Shown piece after piece: positions 36,014 through 46,251 of a DNA stretch of 64,000 bases. The stretch comes from Vulcanimicrobiota bacterium (GTDB lineage: Bacteria > Vulcanimicrobiota > Xenobia > Xenobiales > JADMJV01), in assembly GCA_050250895.1 (NCBI GenBank), contig JBFWNU010000001.1:1672008-1736007 (forward strand). Direction: 5' to 3'. Both the position numbers and the translations under genes were made by a program. The notes under the pieces were generated by a model, which saw nothing but the letters and a program-made list of their open reading frames with translations, did no database searches and was not told the DNA's origin. Positions within the stretch are counted from its first letter, which is position 1. Each line of letters begins with the position of its first letter.

Positions 36014-38798
36014 CGGCCTCGGGTTCGCCGCCCGGTTCGTGCTCTCCCGTTCCCGCCCGCCGGGGGTCAAGGCAACCACGCACTGCTTCGAGCAGTTCGC
36101 GGGCTTGGAAGGGCTTTTGCAGAAAGCGCTCCCACGGCTTGAGAAACAATTCCTGGCCGGCGATTTCGCGGCTGTAGCCGCTCATCAGCAGCACTCCCAG
36201 GCCGGGCTTATCTAGCTGCAGTTGCATGGCCAACTCTCGTCCCGAGGTCCCCCCGGGCATCATCATGTCGGTGACCAGCAGGTCGAAGTCGTGGTGGTGC
36301 TCTAGCCAGAGTTTTCGGGCGGCCGCCCCGTCAGGGGCCGACGTCACCTGATAACCGTAGCGCGAAAGGATGGCAGAAATCACCCGCCGCACGGCCTCTT
36401 CATCCTCCACCAGCAGGACCTTTTCTGCCCCTCCCCGCGGGGTCGAGGCGGGGGCCGCCACCGGGGCCTCGACCTGGGCTTCGGCACACGGCAGGTAGAG
36501 ATGAAAAGTGGTGCCCCGGCCAAGAGTGCTGTCGACCCGCAGCCAGCCGCCGTGTTGCTCGACAATGCCGAAGACGGTGGCCAGGCCAAGCCCCGTCCCT
36601 TCCTGCGCCGGCTTGGTGGTGAAGAAGGGCTCGAAGATCTTGTCTAAGTGCTCCGGCGAAATACCGCATCCGGTGTCGGTCACACTCAGATGAACGAAGG
36701 CTCCGGGGGCCGCATCGGCTTTGTCCGGAAGGTCAGCCTGATCGAGCATGAGCCTCTCGCTTTGCAGGCTGAGGCGACCTCCGTTCGGCATCGCATCCCG
36801 GGCGTTGACCACCAGGTTGGTCACCACCTGTTCTAGCATCCCTGGGTCAGCGTAGACCCAGATGGGTTCGTGGCCAAGTTCCAGCTCGAAAGCGATGTCC
36901 TCGCGAATGACCCGTCCCAGCAAGCCGGCCAACCCTTCGAGCAGTCGATTGACCTCGAGGTTCTTGGGTTGAACCACTTGTTTCCGGCTAAACACCAGCA
37001 ATTGCCGAGTCAATCTGGCAGCTCGCCCGGCATCCTCGACGATGCGCTCGATATGCTCACGAGCCTCAGCCGTCAGTTCGGATTCGAGGGCCAGATCGGC
37101 CTCCATGAGGATAGAACTCAGAATGTTGTTGAAGTCGTGGGCCACCCCCCCGGCGAGCTGGCCGACGGCTTCGAGTTTCTGGGCCTGGCGAACTTGAAGT
37201 TCGAGTTCGCGTGCGACCTGCTCGGCTTGCTTGCGCGCGGTAATGTCCACCGCCGCCCCCAGGCTAATTTCGGGCCGACCCTGATCGTCACACACCATGG
37301 TCGCGTGGACGTTCACCCAGACCTCACGACCGTCCTTGTGCTGATAGCGCTTCTCTCGCTGATAGCCCGAGCCCCGGGCGCTGAGAACCTTTTCGATGCC
37401 ATGCCGAGACTCCAGGCGGTCGGCGGGATGGGTGAGTTGGGCGATGGACATCTGTTGGAGTTCTTCCTGACAGTAGCCGGTCATCTCGCACAGCTTGCGG
37501 TTGGCCATGAGGATTCGGCCGGTGGCAGGGTCGGCTTGTCCCATGCCGATAGCCGCCAACTCGAAGATGGCTCGAAAAGTCTGTTCGCTGCGCCGCAACG
37601 AGGCCTCCATCATCTGGTGCTCGTGGCGCTCGACCAGCCTGTCGAGAGCGAACGAGATATCGCCGGCCGTCTCGTCGAGCAAGCGCATCTCTTCCGTGCG
37701 GAAGAAGCATTCCTCTCCCGAGCAAACGACCAGGGCCCCGACGCAGCACCCTCGCTCGAACAAGGGCAGCGAAGCCCAGGAGCGTACGGGCGAGCCATCT
37801 TGGGACTGGCAGATCTCTCGCTGGCCCAGCTCGGCCTCGGGCATCAAAACCCCCGCACCGGCTTCGGAGGACCAGCGAATGAGGCTAGAACTGCATCCGT
37901 TGGGCTTCCAAACCAGCGCGACCCCAAGGAACTTGCCATACTCGATCATCACCTCCGCGATCTTCTCGAACAGGTCCTCTCGGCTGTCGTAGTAGCGCAC
38001 GATGTTCTGGTTGACTTGACTGAGGGTGGCATACAGCCGCGTGTAGTGGTCGATTCTCAGGTTGGCCAGCACGGCCGGAGTGATATCTTGCAGGCTACAG
38101 CGCAGGCGAACCACGCGACCGTCCTGCTCGAGTGGCTCGCAATGAAAGCGCAGCCAACGACGAACCCCTCTTGGGCTGACCGTCTCCAACTCTAACTGCG
38201 CACACTGCGAGTGTTCCAGCGCATTGCGCACCGCCGTCTCGACCGCCAACCGGCTGGAACCGTGATGAAGCTCGAGCAGACCGGCTAGATCCGTGGGGGG
38301 CTTGTCGAGTTCATAGAGACGGGCAACCTCGGACGTTCCCCAGGCCCGGCCGGTGACGACATCGAGTTCCCAGCCGCCGATTCGCGCGGCCCGCCCCACG
38401 AAATTGAGCAACTCCTCGCGTTCTTTCAGTTTGCGCTCGGCCTCTACCCGCTGGGTAATCACCTCGCTCAGGATCAGTAGGCCTGCAATCTGTTCCTGCT
38501 CGTCGCGCCATGGATGCACTTCCCAGCGTAGCCAGACTATCGCACCGTCGGGTCCGGGAAAGGCGTCGAGTTCTTGCTTTTCCACCGCGCCTGCAAGGCA
38601 CCGTTGGTGCACCTCACGCCAGCGTTGGGGCAGGTCCGGAAAGAGTTCGTAATGACTCTGGCCGATGAACTCGCGTTCGCCCAGTTGGTATTCCTCGCAC
38701 CAGCGGCGACTGACCTTGAGGTAGCGCATCTCGCGATCAAACATGGCGACCGCGGCGGGACAATGCTCGATGAAGGTCTCTAGAACCGAGGCTGGCAT
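35991..38798 (-). CDS. Cytoplasmic hybrid histidine kinase PAS-PAS-GAF-PAS-HisKA-HATPase-REC
   Basis: PAS repeats, AGGVAHDFNNIL, NLVVNARDAM, FEPFFTTK...GTGLGL, LLVEDE...VTDMMMPG. Confidence 0.92.
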   Translation of the reverse strand: MPASVLETFIEHCPAAVAMFDREMRYLKVSRRWCEEYQLGEREFIGQSHYELFPDLPQRWREVHQRCLAGAVEKQELDAFPGPDGAIVWLRWEVHPWRDEQEQIAGLLILSEVITQRVEAERKLKEREELLNFVGRAARIGGWELDVVTGRAWGTSEVARLYELDKPPTDLAGLLELHHGSSRLAVETAVRNALEHSQCAQLELETVSPRGVRRWLRFHCEPLEQDGRVVRLRCSLQDITPAVLANLRIDHYTRLYATLSQVNQNIVRYYDSREDLFEKIAEVMIEYGKFLGVALVWKPNGCSSSLIRWSSEAGAGVLMPEAELGQREICQSQDGSPVRSWASLPLFERGCCVGALVVCSGEECFFRTEEMRLLDETAGDISFALDRLVERHEHQMMEASLRRSEQTFRAIFELAAIGMGQADPATGRILMANRKLCEMTGYCQEELQQMSIAQLTHPADRLESRHGIEKVLSARGSGYQREKRYQHKDGREVWVNVHATMVCDDQGRPEISLGAAVDITARKQAEQVARELELQVRQAQKLEAVGQLAGGVAHDFNNILSSILMEADLALESELTAEAREHIERIVEDAGRAARLTRQLLVFSRKQVVQPKNLEVNRLLEGLAGLLGRVIREDIAFELELGHEPIWVYADPGMLEQVVTNLVVNARDAMPNGGRLSLQSERLMLDQADLPDKADAAPGAFVHLSVTDTGCGISPEHLDKIFEPFFTTKPAQEGTGLGLATVFGIVEQHGGWLRVDSTLGRGTTFHLYLPCAEAQVEAPVAAPASTPRGGAEKVLLVEDEEAVRRVISAILSRYGYQVTSAPDGAAARKLWLEHHHDFDLLVTDMMMPGGTSGRELAMQLQLDKPGLGVLLMSGYSREIAGQELFLKPWERFLQKPFQARELLEAVRGCLDPRRAGTGEHEPGGEPEAGERAPAS

Positions 38799-38880
38799 GA
38801 ACTTGATCTTACCACGAAAAAAGCCTGACCCAATGATCTGGGTCAGGCTTCTCGGGCCAGACACTAGAATCTGTCAGAAA

Positions 38881-41800
38881 TTACCAGCCGCCTCCGCGCG
38901 AGCCCGACCGGCGGCCGCCACCAGACGAACCACCCCGCGAGCCGCTGCTGCTGCGCCGCCGTTCTTCGGCCCGACGTTGCTCGGCTCGGCGTTGCTCGGC
39001 TCGGCGTTGCTCGTCACGACGTCGTTCCTCGCTCCGACGTTGTTCGGCGCGACGGCGCTCTTCTTCACGTCGGATCCGTTCTTCGTGTTCGCGCTGCAGC
39101 CGCTCCAGGCGCGACTTCTGCGAGTCGAAGCGACTGCGGGCGCTGCTGACGGCGCTGCCAGCCGCGCTCTTGGCGCTCGAGGCTTTGCTGATGGCCGACT
39201 CGGCCTGGCTCTCGGCCTGTTCGTAAGCTTTGCTTCCCATCTGGCCGCGGGCGGCCTGGAGAGCTTGCTCGGCCGCCGACAGCGAGCTGTAAGCCGACGA
39301 CAGATCGCTGCGGGTGACCGACTCGCTGGCTCGACCTTGCGGGTTGGACCAGCTCCAGCTCTGCCCTTCGGCCGAGCTGATCTCCGAGCGCGCGCTGGCG
39401 ATGGCGCTGCCGGCTCGATCGATAGCAGAGTTGGCCGAGTCGAAGGCGTTCTTGTCGGATGCGATGGCCGACTCGACCGCCTGGCGAGCCTGCTCGGCCT
39501 GGGACAACGCCTCGGCCGAGGCGTAAGGGTTGAGAGGCTTGGCCGCCACCGCACCCCCCGCCTTCTTGAGTTCGGCCTCGGCAGGCGCCAGCAGCTTCTT
39601 GGCTGGGTCACGAACGAAGTTAGCGTCCAGATGCGATCGGGTTTCGTCGAGACGCCCGCCCAGGGCCTCGAGTTCTTGCTCGTTGCCGGCTTGCTTCTTG
39701 GCCAGCAGCTGTTCGGCTCCGCTGACGGAGTCGAGTTCGGACTGGGCCGAGCGCAGAGTGCCGTCAACCGTCTGCAGATCATCGCGGGCCGTCAGCAGCT
39801 GGGCCTGATCGAAGTGACCGACAGCCGTCTGAGTCTGCTCACGAGCCATGCCCAGCAGTTGGTTGGCGTTGGGAATGTCGTCGCTGATAGTCTGGCCCGA
39901 GTTGACGTCAGGAGCCACCAACTCGAGCACCACCGGAGCATAGGTGGCCTGGATGCGATCCAGCGCCGGCTCGTAGCTGGCTTCGATGCTGTCGTCGATG
40001 GAAACGGTCCTCTTCTTGCGTTCGTCGAGGGTCGAGGGAAAGGCCTCAAAGGCAGCTCGGCTGTCGGCCACCAACCCGTGGGCCTCTTGGGATAGATCGC
40101 GAATCGAATCGAGGTGCTGGCGGGCACCGGCCACGTCGCCCTGGTTGAGGCTTTGGGCCACTCCGTCGTGGTGTTGATGGGCCGATTGGGTGCGCTCGCT
40201 GGGGTCGCGGCCTTCTTCGCGCAGCATCTGGTCGGGGGTGCCGTCTTGGAACACGCCCATCGCCTGTAGCTTGCTGTGCAGGTCGGTGCGAGCCTCAGAG
40301 ATGTCCTTTTCGGCGCCTTCGATCTGACCGGGGGCCACTTCGCGGCGTTCCTGGTCGAGTCCGATGACTTGCTTGACCTGAGAGCCCAGGGCAGCCGCTT
40401 CGCCGCTGATTTTCTCGAGCTGGTCGGCGAGCGGGACGCGCACGGCCGTGTCGGCCGTGTCATCGAGGCGTTCCGAGAGCGCGTGTTCGCGGCGGGTAGC
40501 CCAATCGGTCTTGAGGCCAGCCGGAATCAAGGTCTGCTCGGCCTGGTCCATGATCGGCACCAGGCTTTCGCGCAACTGTTGACCGGTCGTAACCACTTTG
40601 TCGGCGTCACCGATCATGCGCTCGGCCGGGCGGGCGAAGTCCTCCCAGGCCCGCACCGGGTCCTGGTCTTTGACCTGCCGGCCTTTGGCGATCAGTCCGC
40701 CTTGCTCGGCATCCGAGAGCACGCCGGCCAGGAGGTTGTCGCGCACCGAGGGGGCCGTAAAGCGCGTGTCGTCGCCGGCCTTTTGGGCCAGCTCCTCAGA
40801 CTTCTTGTCGACCTCGCGCCCCGATTTTTCGAGCGTGTCGAGAAATTGGGTGATTTCCGAGTTCTTCTCGATGATCTCGTGGAGCAACCCGGCCGCCGTG
40901 TCGCGGTTTTCGGCCATGGCCAGCAAGACTTCATAGAGCGACTTTTTGAACTCGCGCGAAGCCCCTTTGCGCAGTAGTTCTTCGCGCCATGACTCGGCTT
41001 TGCTGCCCTTCTCCATGACGGTGCGCGAGCTGTCTTCAAAATTGAACGGCAGCCGCTTCTCGGGATCGGTCAGAAGCTGGATGGCCTGGTCGTAGTTGCC
41101 GGTAGTGAAGAGGTTCTTGGGCGAATTGGGCGCGATCAACTGCTCGGCCTCGGCCAGAAACTTCTCGGCGCCGCCCACCAGGGTGAGGGCGTCGGTCACG
41201 TTCTCGATAAGGTCTTTGGCCATCTTCTCGGTCTTGCCCGAATACTGGGCGATGGACTGGTAGTCGGCCTGGTCCATCAGCTCGATGAGAGCCTGGGTGC
41301 GGGCCTGGATGTCGGAAGTGGCGTCGCGCAAGGCCTGCTGGGCCTCTTTCTTGCGAGCCCGGGCCTTGGCGTTGGCGAAGATGCCCAGGGCGATGGTGCC
41401 GATCGCCACGGCTGAGGAGACACCGAGGATGACCCGTTTGGTGGTAGCCTCCTGGCTGTGGGCTTGTTCTACGTCCTTGAGTCCGGCGGCGGCTTCGCTC
41501 CGGGCCGTCTGCAGCGGGGCCAGGGCATCGCCGGTCTTGCCGTTGACGCGGGCCTCGTGCTGCTCGAGAGCGGCCTGGGCGGCCTCGAAGTGGCGGTGAG
41601 CGCTCTGGCCATGGCCGTTGTCAGGGGCCTTCTCGAGGGCGGCTTGCAGCTGCTCGACCTCGGCCTTGACCTGGTCCGAGAGGGCGTCGGCCTGACGGAA
41701 GTTCGCCATGGCCTGTTGATGACTCGAAATCGAGTTCACCAGGCTGCTAGCCAGCGACTTGGCCGTGTCGAAATCGCCGGCCCTCATAGCGTCTTGAGCC

Positions 41801-43101
41801 CGCTTGAGCTGGTCCTCCCAGCCTTTGACGTCGGGGCTGCCGATCTGACCGCCCTGGCCAAAGTCTTTCTGGAACTTGCTCAGAGCCTCTTTGTCTTGAG
41901 CCAGCGAACGTTCGGCCTGGCCCATCAGCTGGCTGGCGGTGGCCAGCGTCTGCTCGTAGCCGGTGATGGCCTGGTTGGCCGCGCCCACTGCGCCGATCAC
42001 TCCGTTGGCTTTGTCGATGGCCTGCTGGAACTGGCCCGAATCGAGGGCCGCTTTGGCCTCTTGCAGCTGGGTTTGCCAGCCCGAGAAGTTGGGCTCGGGG
42101 ATGGCGTTAGGGTGCTGTCGGTTGAAGTCGCGATAGCGGTCTTGCAGACGGGGCACCTCGCTTTCGCCTCGATGCACGGCCTCGGTGGCGCTGGTCCTCA
42201 GGTTGGCCACGTACTTGTCGATCTCGCCGTTGACCTCTTTAAAGACATCCTCGAGCATGCCGGGCATGTTCTTGCCCTGGTCGCGAGCTCTCAGGAAGGT
42301 GCGCAGCAGGCGCAGCGGATTGCCGTATTCGTCAGAGAAGTTCTCTTCGCCCACCCCCAGTTTGTCGGGCAGCTCTTCCGAGCGCATGAAGATCTTGCGA
42401 CCGCCGTTGCTGTCGAAATAGACCATGAAGACCGCCGCTTCTTTTTCGCCGGTCTCTTCGTTACGCACGCTCTGGAAGGCGTCGCTGTTGCCGATGCCGG
42501 TGCTGACGGTGTAGTCGAAGTCTTCGTAATTGCTGGCATAGTCGATCAGAACTACGTACATGTTGGGGTGCTGCTTGAGCACGTTCTGCATCTGCGCCAT
42601 CTCGCTGGCCGTGAGAGGGTTGCCCTTCACGTAGAGTTGCTGTTCTGCGCTAAACTTGTCGACCACATCCTGGGCGCTCGAGAAGGACACCGGGGTAGTG
42701 TCACGCGTCTGGTTGGCGCGCAGGATGTTGGCCATCAGTGAGGCCGAGTTGGCTGGGGCTGCCTGGGTCTGGCTTAGCGAGGCCGCATAGGCGGGACTGG
42801 CGGCGCCGACCATGCCGACCCCGACGCCGAGCACGGTCAAGCCAAGGGCCGCCGCTCCGGCCAGCTTTTTCATGCCGCTCGACTCGTCCTGGTGACCGTC
42901 GACTTCGCCCAGTGTTTGGGGTTCTAGTTTGGTGGGTTGCTCCCAAGAGCCTCCGGCGCTGGGACGCAGCCTGGGAGGCGGTGAGTTTTGAGCTGAGGGT
43001 TGGAAGGTTTCCCGGGGTTGAGCATCAGATTGCTCTATATGTCTAGCAGGACGAGCGCTGAAAATCACGCGCTCGCCAACGGGATTTACGTTGTTGGCCA
43101 A
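38881..43101 (-). CDS. 1406-aa coiled-coil membrane protein with internal signal-like segment and Gly/Ser/Arg tail (TPM-protein-like architecture)
   Basis: TTG start after AGGAGG; MKKLAGAAALGLTVLG...AYAA from residue 77; TM VILGVSSAVAIGTIALGIF; ends SGSRGGGW. Confidence 0.75.
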   Translation of the reverse strand: MANNVNPVGERVIFSARPARHIEQSDAQPRETFQPSAQNSPPPRLRPSAGGSWEQPTKLEPQTLGEVDGHQDESSGMKKLAGAAALGLTVLGVGVGMVGAASPAYAASLSQTQAAPANSASLMANILRANQTRDTTPVSFSSAQDVVDKFSAEQQLYVKGNPLTASEMAQMQNVLKQHPNMYVVLIDYASNYEDFDYTVSTGIGNSDAFQSVRNEETGEKEAAVFMVYFDSNGGRKIFMRSEELPDKLGVGEENFSDEYGNPLRLLRTFLRARDQGKNMPGMLEDVFKEVNGEIDKYVANLRTSATEAVHRGESEVPRLQDRYRDFNRQHPNAIPEPNFSGWQTQLQEAKAALDSGQFQQAIDKANGVIGAVGAANQAITGYEQTLATASQLMGQAERSLAQDKEALSKFQKDFGQGGQIGSPDVKGWEDQLKRAQDAMRAGDFDTAKSLASSLVNSISSHQQAMANFRQADALSDQVKAEVEQLQAALEKAPDNGHGQSAHRHFEAAQAALEQHEARVNGKTGDALAPLQTARSEAAAGLKDVEQAHSQEATTKRVILGVSSAVAIGTIALGIFANAKARARKKEAQQALRDATSDIQARTQALIELMDQADYQSIAQYSGKTEKMAKDLIENVTDALTLVGGAEKFLAEAEQLIAPNSPKNLFTTGNYDQAIQLLTDPEKRLPFNFEDSSRTVMEKGSKAESWREELLRKGASREFKKSLYEVLLAMAENRDTAAGLLHEIIEKNSEITQFLDTLEKSGREVDKKSEELAQKAGDDTRFTAPSVRDNLLAGVLSDAEQGGLIAKGRQVKDQDPVRAWEDFARPAERMIGDADKVVTTGQQLRESLVPIMDQAEQTLIPAGLKTDWATRREHALSERLDDTADTAVRVPLADQLEKISGEAAALGSQVKQVIGLDQERREVAPGQIEGAEKDISEARTDLHSKLQAMGVFQDGTPDQMLREEGRDPSERTQSAHQHHDGVAQSLNQGDVAGARQHLDSIRDLSQEAHGLVADSRAAFEAFPSTLDERKKRTVSIDDSIEASYEPALDRIQATYAPVVLELVAPDVNSGQTISDDIPNANQLLGMAREQTQTAVGHFDQAQLLTARDDLQTVDGTLRSAQSELDSVSGAEQLLAKKQAGNEQELEALGGRLDETRSHLDANFVRDPAKKLLAPAEAELKKAGGAVAAKPLNPYASAEALSQAEQARQAVESAIASDKNAFDSANSAIDRAGSAIASARSEISSAEGQSWSWSNPQGRASESVTRSDLSSAYSSLSAAEQALQAARGQMGSKAYEQAESQAESAISKASSAKSAAGSAVSSARSRFDSQKSRLERLQREHEERIRREEERRRAEQRRSEERRRDEQRRAEQRRAEQRRAEERRRSSSGSRGGSSGGGRRSGSRGGGW
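38961..39012. repeat. 15-bp tandem repeat encoding EQRRA
   Basis: gttgctcggctcggc units in tandem. Confidence 0.7.
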
Positions 43102-43146
43102 GATACTATCCTCCTAGATAGCACTCTAGAAAAAGGCCCTGAAAAA

Positions 43147-44016
43147 ATGCCCACACACCCTTCGACGGATGGTCAGGAACGTCACAGATTTGTAAAGAAC
43201 CTCCAGTTGATCCTGGGGGCGGCGGCCTGGAGCTTGCTGTGGCTGGTTTCTCTTGGTCTGGCCGAGCGTCTATTGGCGCTGGCTCTTTGCTTGAGTGTGC
43301 CCATCGGCTTGCGGGTGCTCGAGCGGCCTGTTTGGGTGCGCCTGGCCAGCGGCCTGGCAGCTGTGTTCGGCCTGTTCTCGTTTTTGCTGCCGGTCGGCCC
43401 CCGGGCGGCCGGGTTGGCCATGATCTGGGCGATATCCACCGGGGTGGTCGCCTTGACCGCCCTCTGGCCTGCGCCCGAGCGGCAACTGCGAAGCCTGTTG
43501 GCCAGCGCCGGCGGCGTCTATCTGGCGGTGGGCGGAGCCTGGATGGTGGTGGCCCGCTGGGGTCAGCCCTTCATGGGGTTTGACCCTCTGCTCTGCTTGT
43601 TGACGGCCAACCACTTTCACTACGCAGGCTTTGCTGCGCCCATCCTGGCCTCGCGGGCTCCTCGCCTGCCGGCCTGGGCCGGCTGGAGCATTCTGGTCTG
43701 TCCGATTTTGATCGCGATCGGAATCACCGCCTTACCCCTGCTGGAATGGATGGGCGCTGTCCTCTTCGCCGGGGCGCTTATTGCCCTGGCCGTTCTCAAC
43801 CTGGGAGCCGACTACGGCGGGCCGGCCGTTTTGACCCGACTGTCGTGGGCGGCTTTGCTGGTCTCGATGCCGCTGGCCGCCGTCTACGCTCTGGGCCAGT
43901 CCTTTCCGTTCCAGGCGCCGAGCATTCCGTGGATGATTCTCAGCCACGGCTTGCTCAACGCGGTCGTCTTTTCGCTCGGCGGTTTGGCGGGCGAACTCAC
44001 TCGGGGCGCTCGCTGA
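43147..44016 (+). CDS. YndJ-like membrane protein
   Basis: LLTANHFHYAGF motif and SHGLLNA; multi-TM; start uncertain. Confidence 0.75.
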   Translation: MPTHPSTDGQERHRFVKNLQLILGAAAWSLLWLVSLGLAERLLALALCLSVPIGLRVLERPVWVRLASGLAAVFGLFSFLLPVGPRAAGLAMIWAISTGVVALTALWPAPERQLRSLLASAGGVYLAVGGAWMVVARWGQPFMGFDPLLCLLTANHFHYAGFAAPILASRAPRLPAWAGWSILVCPILIAIGITALPLLEWMGAVLFAGALIALAVLNLGADYGGPAVLTRLSWAALLVSMPLAAVYALGQSFPFQAPSIPWMILSHGLLNAVVFSLGGLAGELTRGAR

Positions 44017-44407
44017 GCCCCGACTCACTGTCGTAAGCCGGAAAGTCAGGATGGTGCAGGCCGGCTCCCTCGTGGTTCGTGCCCTGGCAGCAGACAGAAT
44101 AGCCCGCCGGATTGAGCTGCAGCGACTCGGTATAGGTGTCGCGTTCGGCCGAGGGACAGGTCGGAATGGTCTTGAGATAATTGGGGGTCAAGCTGGAGAG
44201 TTCACTCGGAAACTGGCCTTCCCAGTCGTCGGAATACATCTCCATGGCGGTCCCAATGTTTTTCAGGTTCGATTTGCAGGCAGTCAACTGACCCTGGGCT
44301 CTCGCTCTAACGAATCAGGGAGCCAGAATGGCCGACAGCAACAGCAGAACACCGACCACGCAGCCGAGTGCCCCGAGACTGAAGCCCCTTGTCTTCTTCA
44401 CGTTCAC
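43997..44407 (-). pseudogene. Pilin/GspG-like gene interrupted by an in-frame TGA
   Basis: KKTRG|FSL...SAILAP-TGA(44315-44317)-FVRARAQGQLTACKSNLKNIGTAMEMY read in one frame; AGGAGG SD. Confidence 0.75.
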
Positions 44408-44790
44408 TCCTCCTTTCCGATGATTCGTCGCCAGTTGACAGCCAGAAAAATCAGGCAGTAGCCACGAAAGGCCAGATCCAGAGCCGGCCAGATCAGCTGG
44501 GCCGGATGCTCGGCCCGGGCGGTGGGGTCGAGAGCCACCAGATAGCCGACGGCGATCAATCCCCCCTGCAGGCTCGCGCCCAACAAAAAAGCGTAACCAA
44601 AAGTCTGGTCGAGATACAAACCCAGGATGGCCAGGACATGCATCATTAGTTTCAGGCTCAGGCCGAGGGAGAGTTGCCATTCACCCTGGTCAGAAAAGCC
44701 CTCGGCGATGGCTCGGAGGTCGCCCGGCAGGGCCACCGCCAACGTCAGCAGGGTGCCAAACAGGGCAATCTGACGAGCAACCACGCTCAT
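44404..44790 (-). CDS. Small four-TM membrane protein
   Basis: 128-aa hydrophobic ORF coupled to neighbours by ATGA/GTGA overlaps. Confidence 0.65.
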   Translation of the reverse strand: MSVVARQIALFGTLLTLAVALPGDLRAIAEGFSDQGEWQLSLGLSLKLMMHVLAILGLYLDQTFGYAFLLGASLQGGLIAVGYLVALDPTARAEHPAQLIWPALDLAFRGYCLIFLAVNWRRIIGKEE

Positions 44791-45179
44791 TCTGGCCGGG
44801 GCCTTCGCAAGAGATCGATGGCTACGGCCACGAGCACCACCCGAAAGAGCAGGTCCAGTCCACCAACGAGGGTGGAGGCGAGGGGTCCCTCCAACCCCTC
44901 GCGGACGAGAATGGTCGATAGGCCGCTGACGAACTGCAAGCGGCGCACCAGGCCCAGCAGTCCGGCTGCCAACAAGAGAATCTGACCCACCTGATGCTCG
45001 ACCAGCAGCGCGATGACGGCCGCCAGGGTCAACAGATTGCGCAAGCTCGCCGACAGCAGCAGGCCCGCGGTCCGGTTCTCGGCCACCGCAAAGAAGAGCC
45101 GATCGGCTCCCAGGTCGCCGATCAGCAAGCCAAGGCCGGCGATGATCAGCACTCCTCTCAGGACGAGGTTTTGTTGCAT
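44787..45179 (-). CDS. Small four-TM membrane protein, likely paralog of 44404-44790
   Basis: AGGAG SD; shared GDL..A and LDL(A/L)FR motifs. Confidence 0.65.
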   Translation of the reverse strand: MQQNLVLRGVLIIAGLGLLIGDLGADRLFFAVAENRTAGLLLSASLRNLLTLAAVIALLVEHQVGQILLLAAGLLGLVRRLQFVSGLSTILVREGLEGPLASTLVGGLDLLFRVVLVAVAIDLLRRPRPE

Positions 45180-45312
45180 AACGTCACTCCTACGATGGGA
45201 TCTTGTTCCCGGTTCATTCCGAGTTTCCGTCCGGGAGGGGGTTTGCAGAGGGAAGTCGCGTCCGGGGCGGGAAAACGTTCTTCGTTGCCCTCGGGGTGGT
45301 GGGTCTTTCCGG

Positions 45313-46251
45313 ATGAAGCAGTCAGTTGTAAAACTTCTCAAATCGGCACGCGGTCATCTGTTGGAGTATTCCAACTGCCAGGGTGCAATGGTGATGCTGC
45401 GCGAGGGGCCGGGCGGGCCGATGATCGTGCGCACCGTGCGCGGGGTCGATCCGGCCGAGCTTGGCCGCAAGTGTTGTACCAGCCACCTCATCGCCATGGT
45501 CGAGAAAAAGGGCGAGAGCGTGCTGGTGTCCGACGTTCGCAAGGACACTCGTTTCCAGGACAAGCGCCAGGATTTTCGGGCCGCGCTGTGTGTGCCCGTC
45601 ATCGACCGAAACAAAGAAACCATCGGCATCCTGTTCGCCCTCAACCGCAATCAGACCAATGCCTTTTCGGGCGACGAGCAGAGCGACGCCGAACAGTATG
45701 CCAAGACGCTGGCCCGTGAGCTGGAACGGGCTAAATGGGACGATTTTCGGGAAGACGATCCTCCCCCCAGGAAGGCGCCGGCCGAGCCCAGCGACGGCCT
45801 CACTCTCAAATCGTTGGTTCCCTTTATTTTGTTGGCCATCGTGGCGCTGGGGGTTATGGTCATTGGCATCTCGCGCGGCGGCGAGGACGGTCCCCCTCCG
45901 CCCGCGCCGGGTAGTGCCGATGCTCCCACCCCGCAGGGTTTCAACGCCGAGCGGATGGTGGTCGAAGGGCGTCTGCTCAATCTCGACGGCAAACCCCTGG
46001 CGGGCCAGTCTCTAGAAGGGCTGAGGCTGGTCGTGACCCTGCCCAAGTCGCGTGACGTGCTCACCGGCAAAGAGATCGAGCTGAAAGGTGACGGGCGTTT
46101 TCGGGCTCTGTGCAAGCAGCGGGTCATTCCCGACATGGTCGAGGTGAGGGTCGAAGTGCCCAGCTTCAGGGTCGAGCGGCGGCGCATCAAGGTCGCCGGC
46201 GGCCGAGCCCAGATCGGTGAGTTGACTTTAACCCCCCGGCGCGACCACTAA
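45313..46251 (+). CDS. GAF domain plus TM plus extracytoplasmic beta-rich domain
   Basis: VLVSDVRKDTRF...RAALCVPVI...IGILFALN...FSGDE GAF pattern; TM VPFILLAIVALGVMVIGI. Confidence 0.7.
   Translation: MKQSVVKLLKSARGHLLEYSNCQGAMVMLREGPGGPMIVRTVRGVDPAELGRKCCTSHLIAMVEKKGESVLVSDVRKDTRFQDKRQDFRAALCVPVIDRNKETIGILFALNRNQTNAFSGDEQSDAEQYAKTLARELERAKWDDFREDDPPPRKAPAEPSDGLTLKSLVPFILLAIVALGVMVIGISRGGEDGPPPPAPGSADAPTPQGFNAERMVVEGRLLNLDGKPLAGQSLEGLRLVVTLPKSRDVLTGKEIELKGDGRFRALCKQRVIPDMVEVRVEVPSFRVERRRIKVAGGRAQIGELTLTPRRDH

Noticed and set aside
44315-44317. TGA reassignment or selenocysteine
   Set aside because: TGA ends many genes in this window, the position is not a Cys-type site, and no SECIS-like hairpin was evident.
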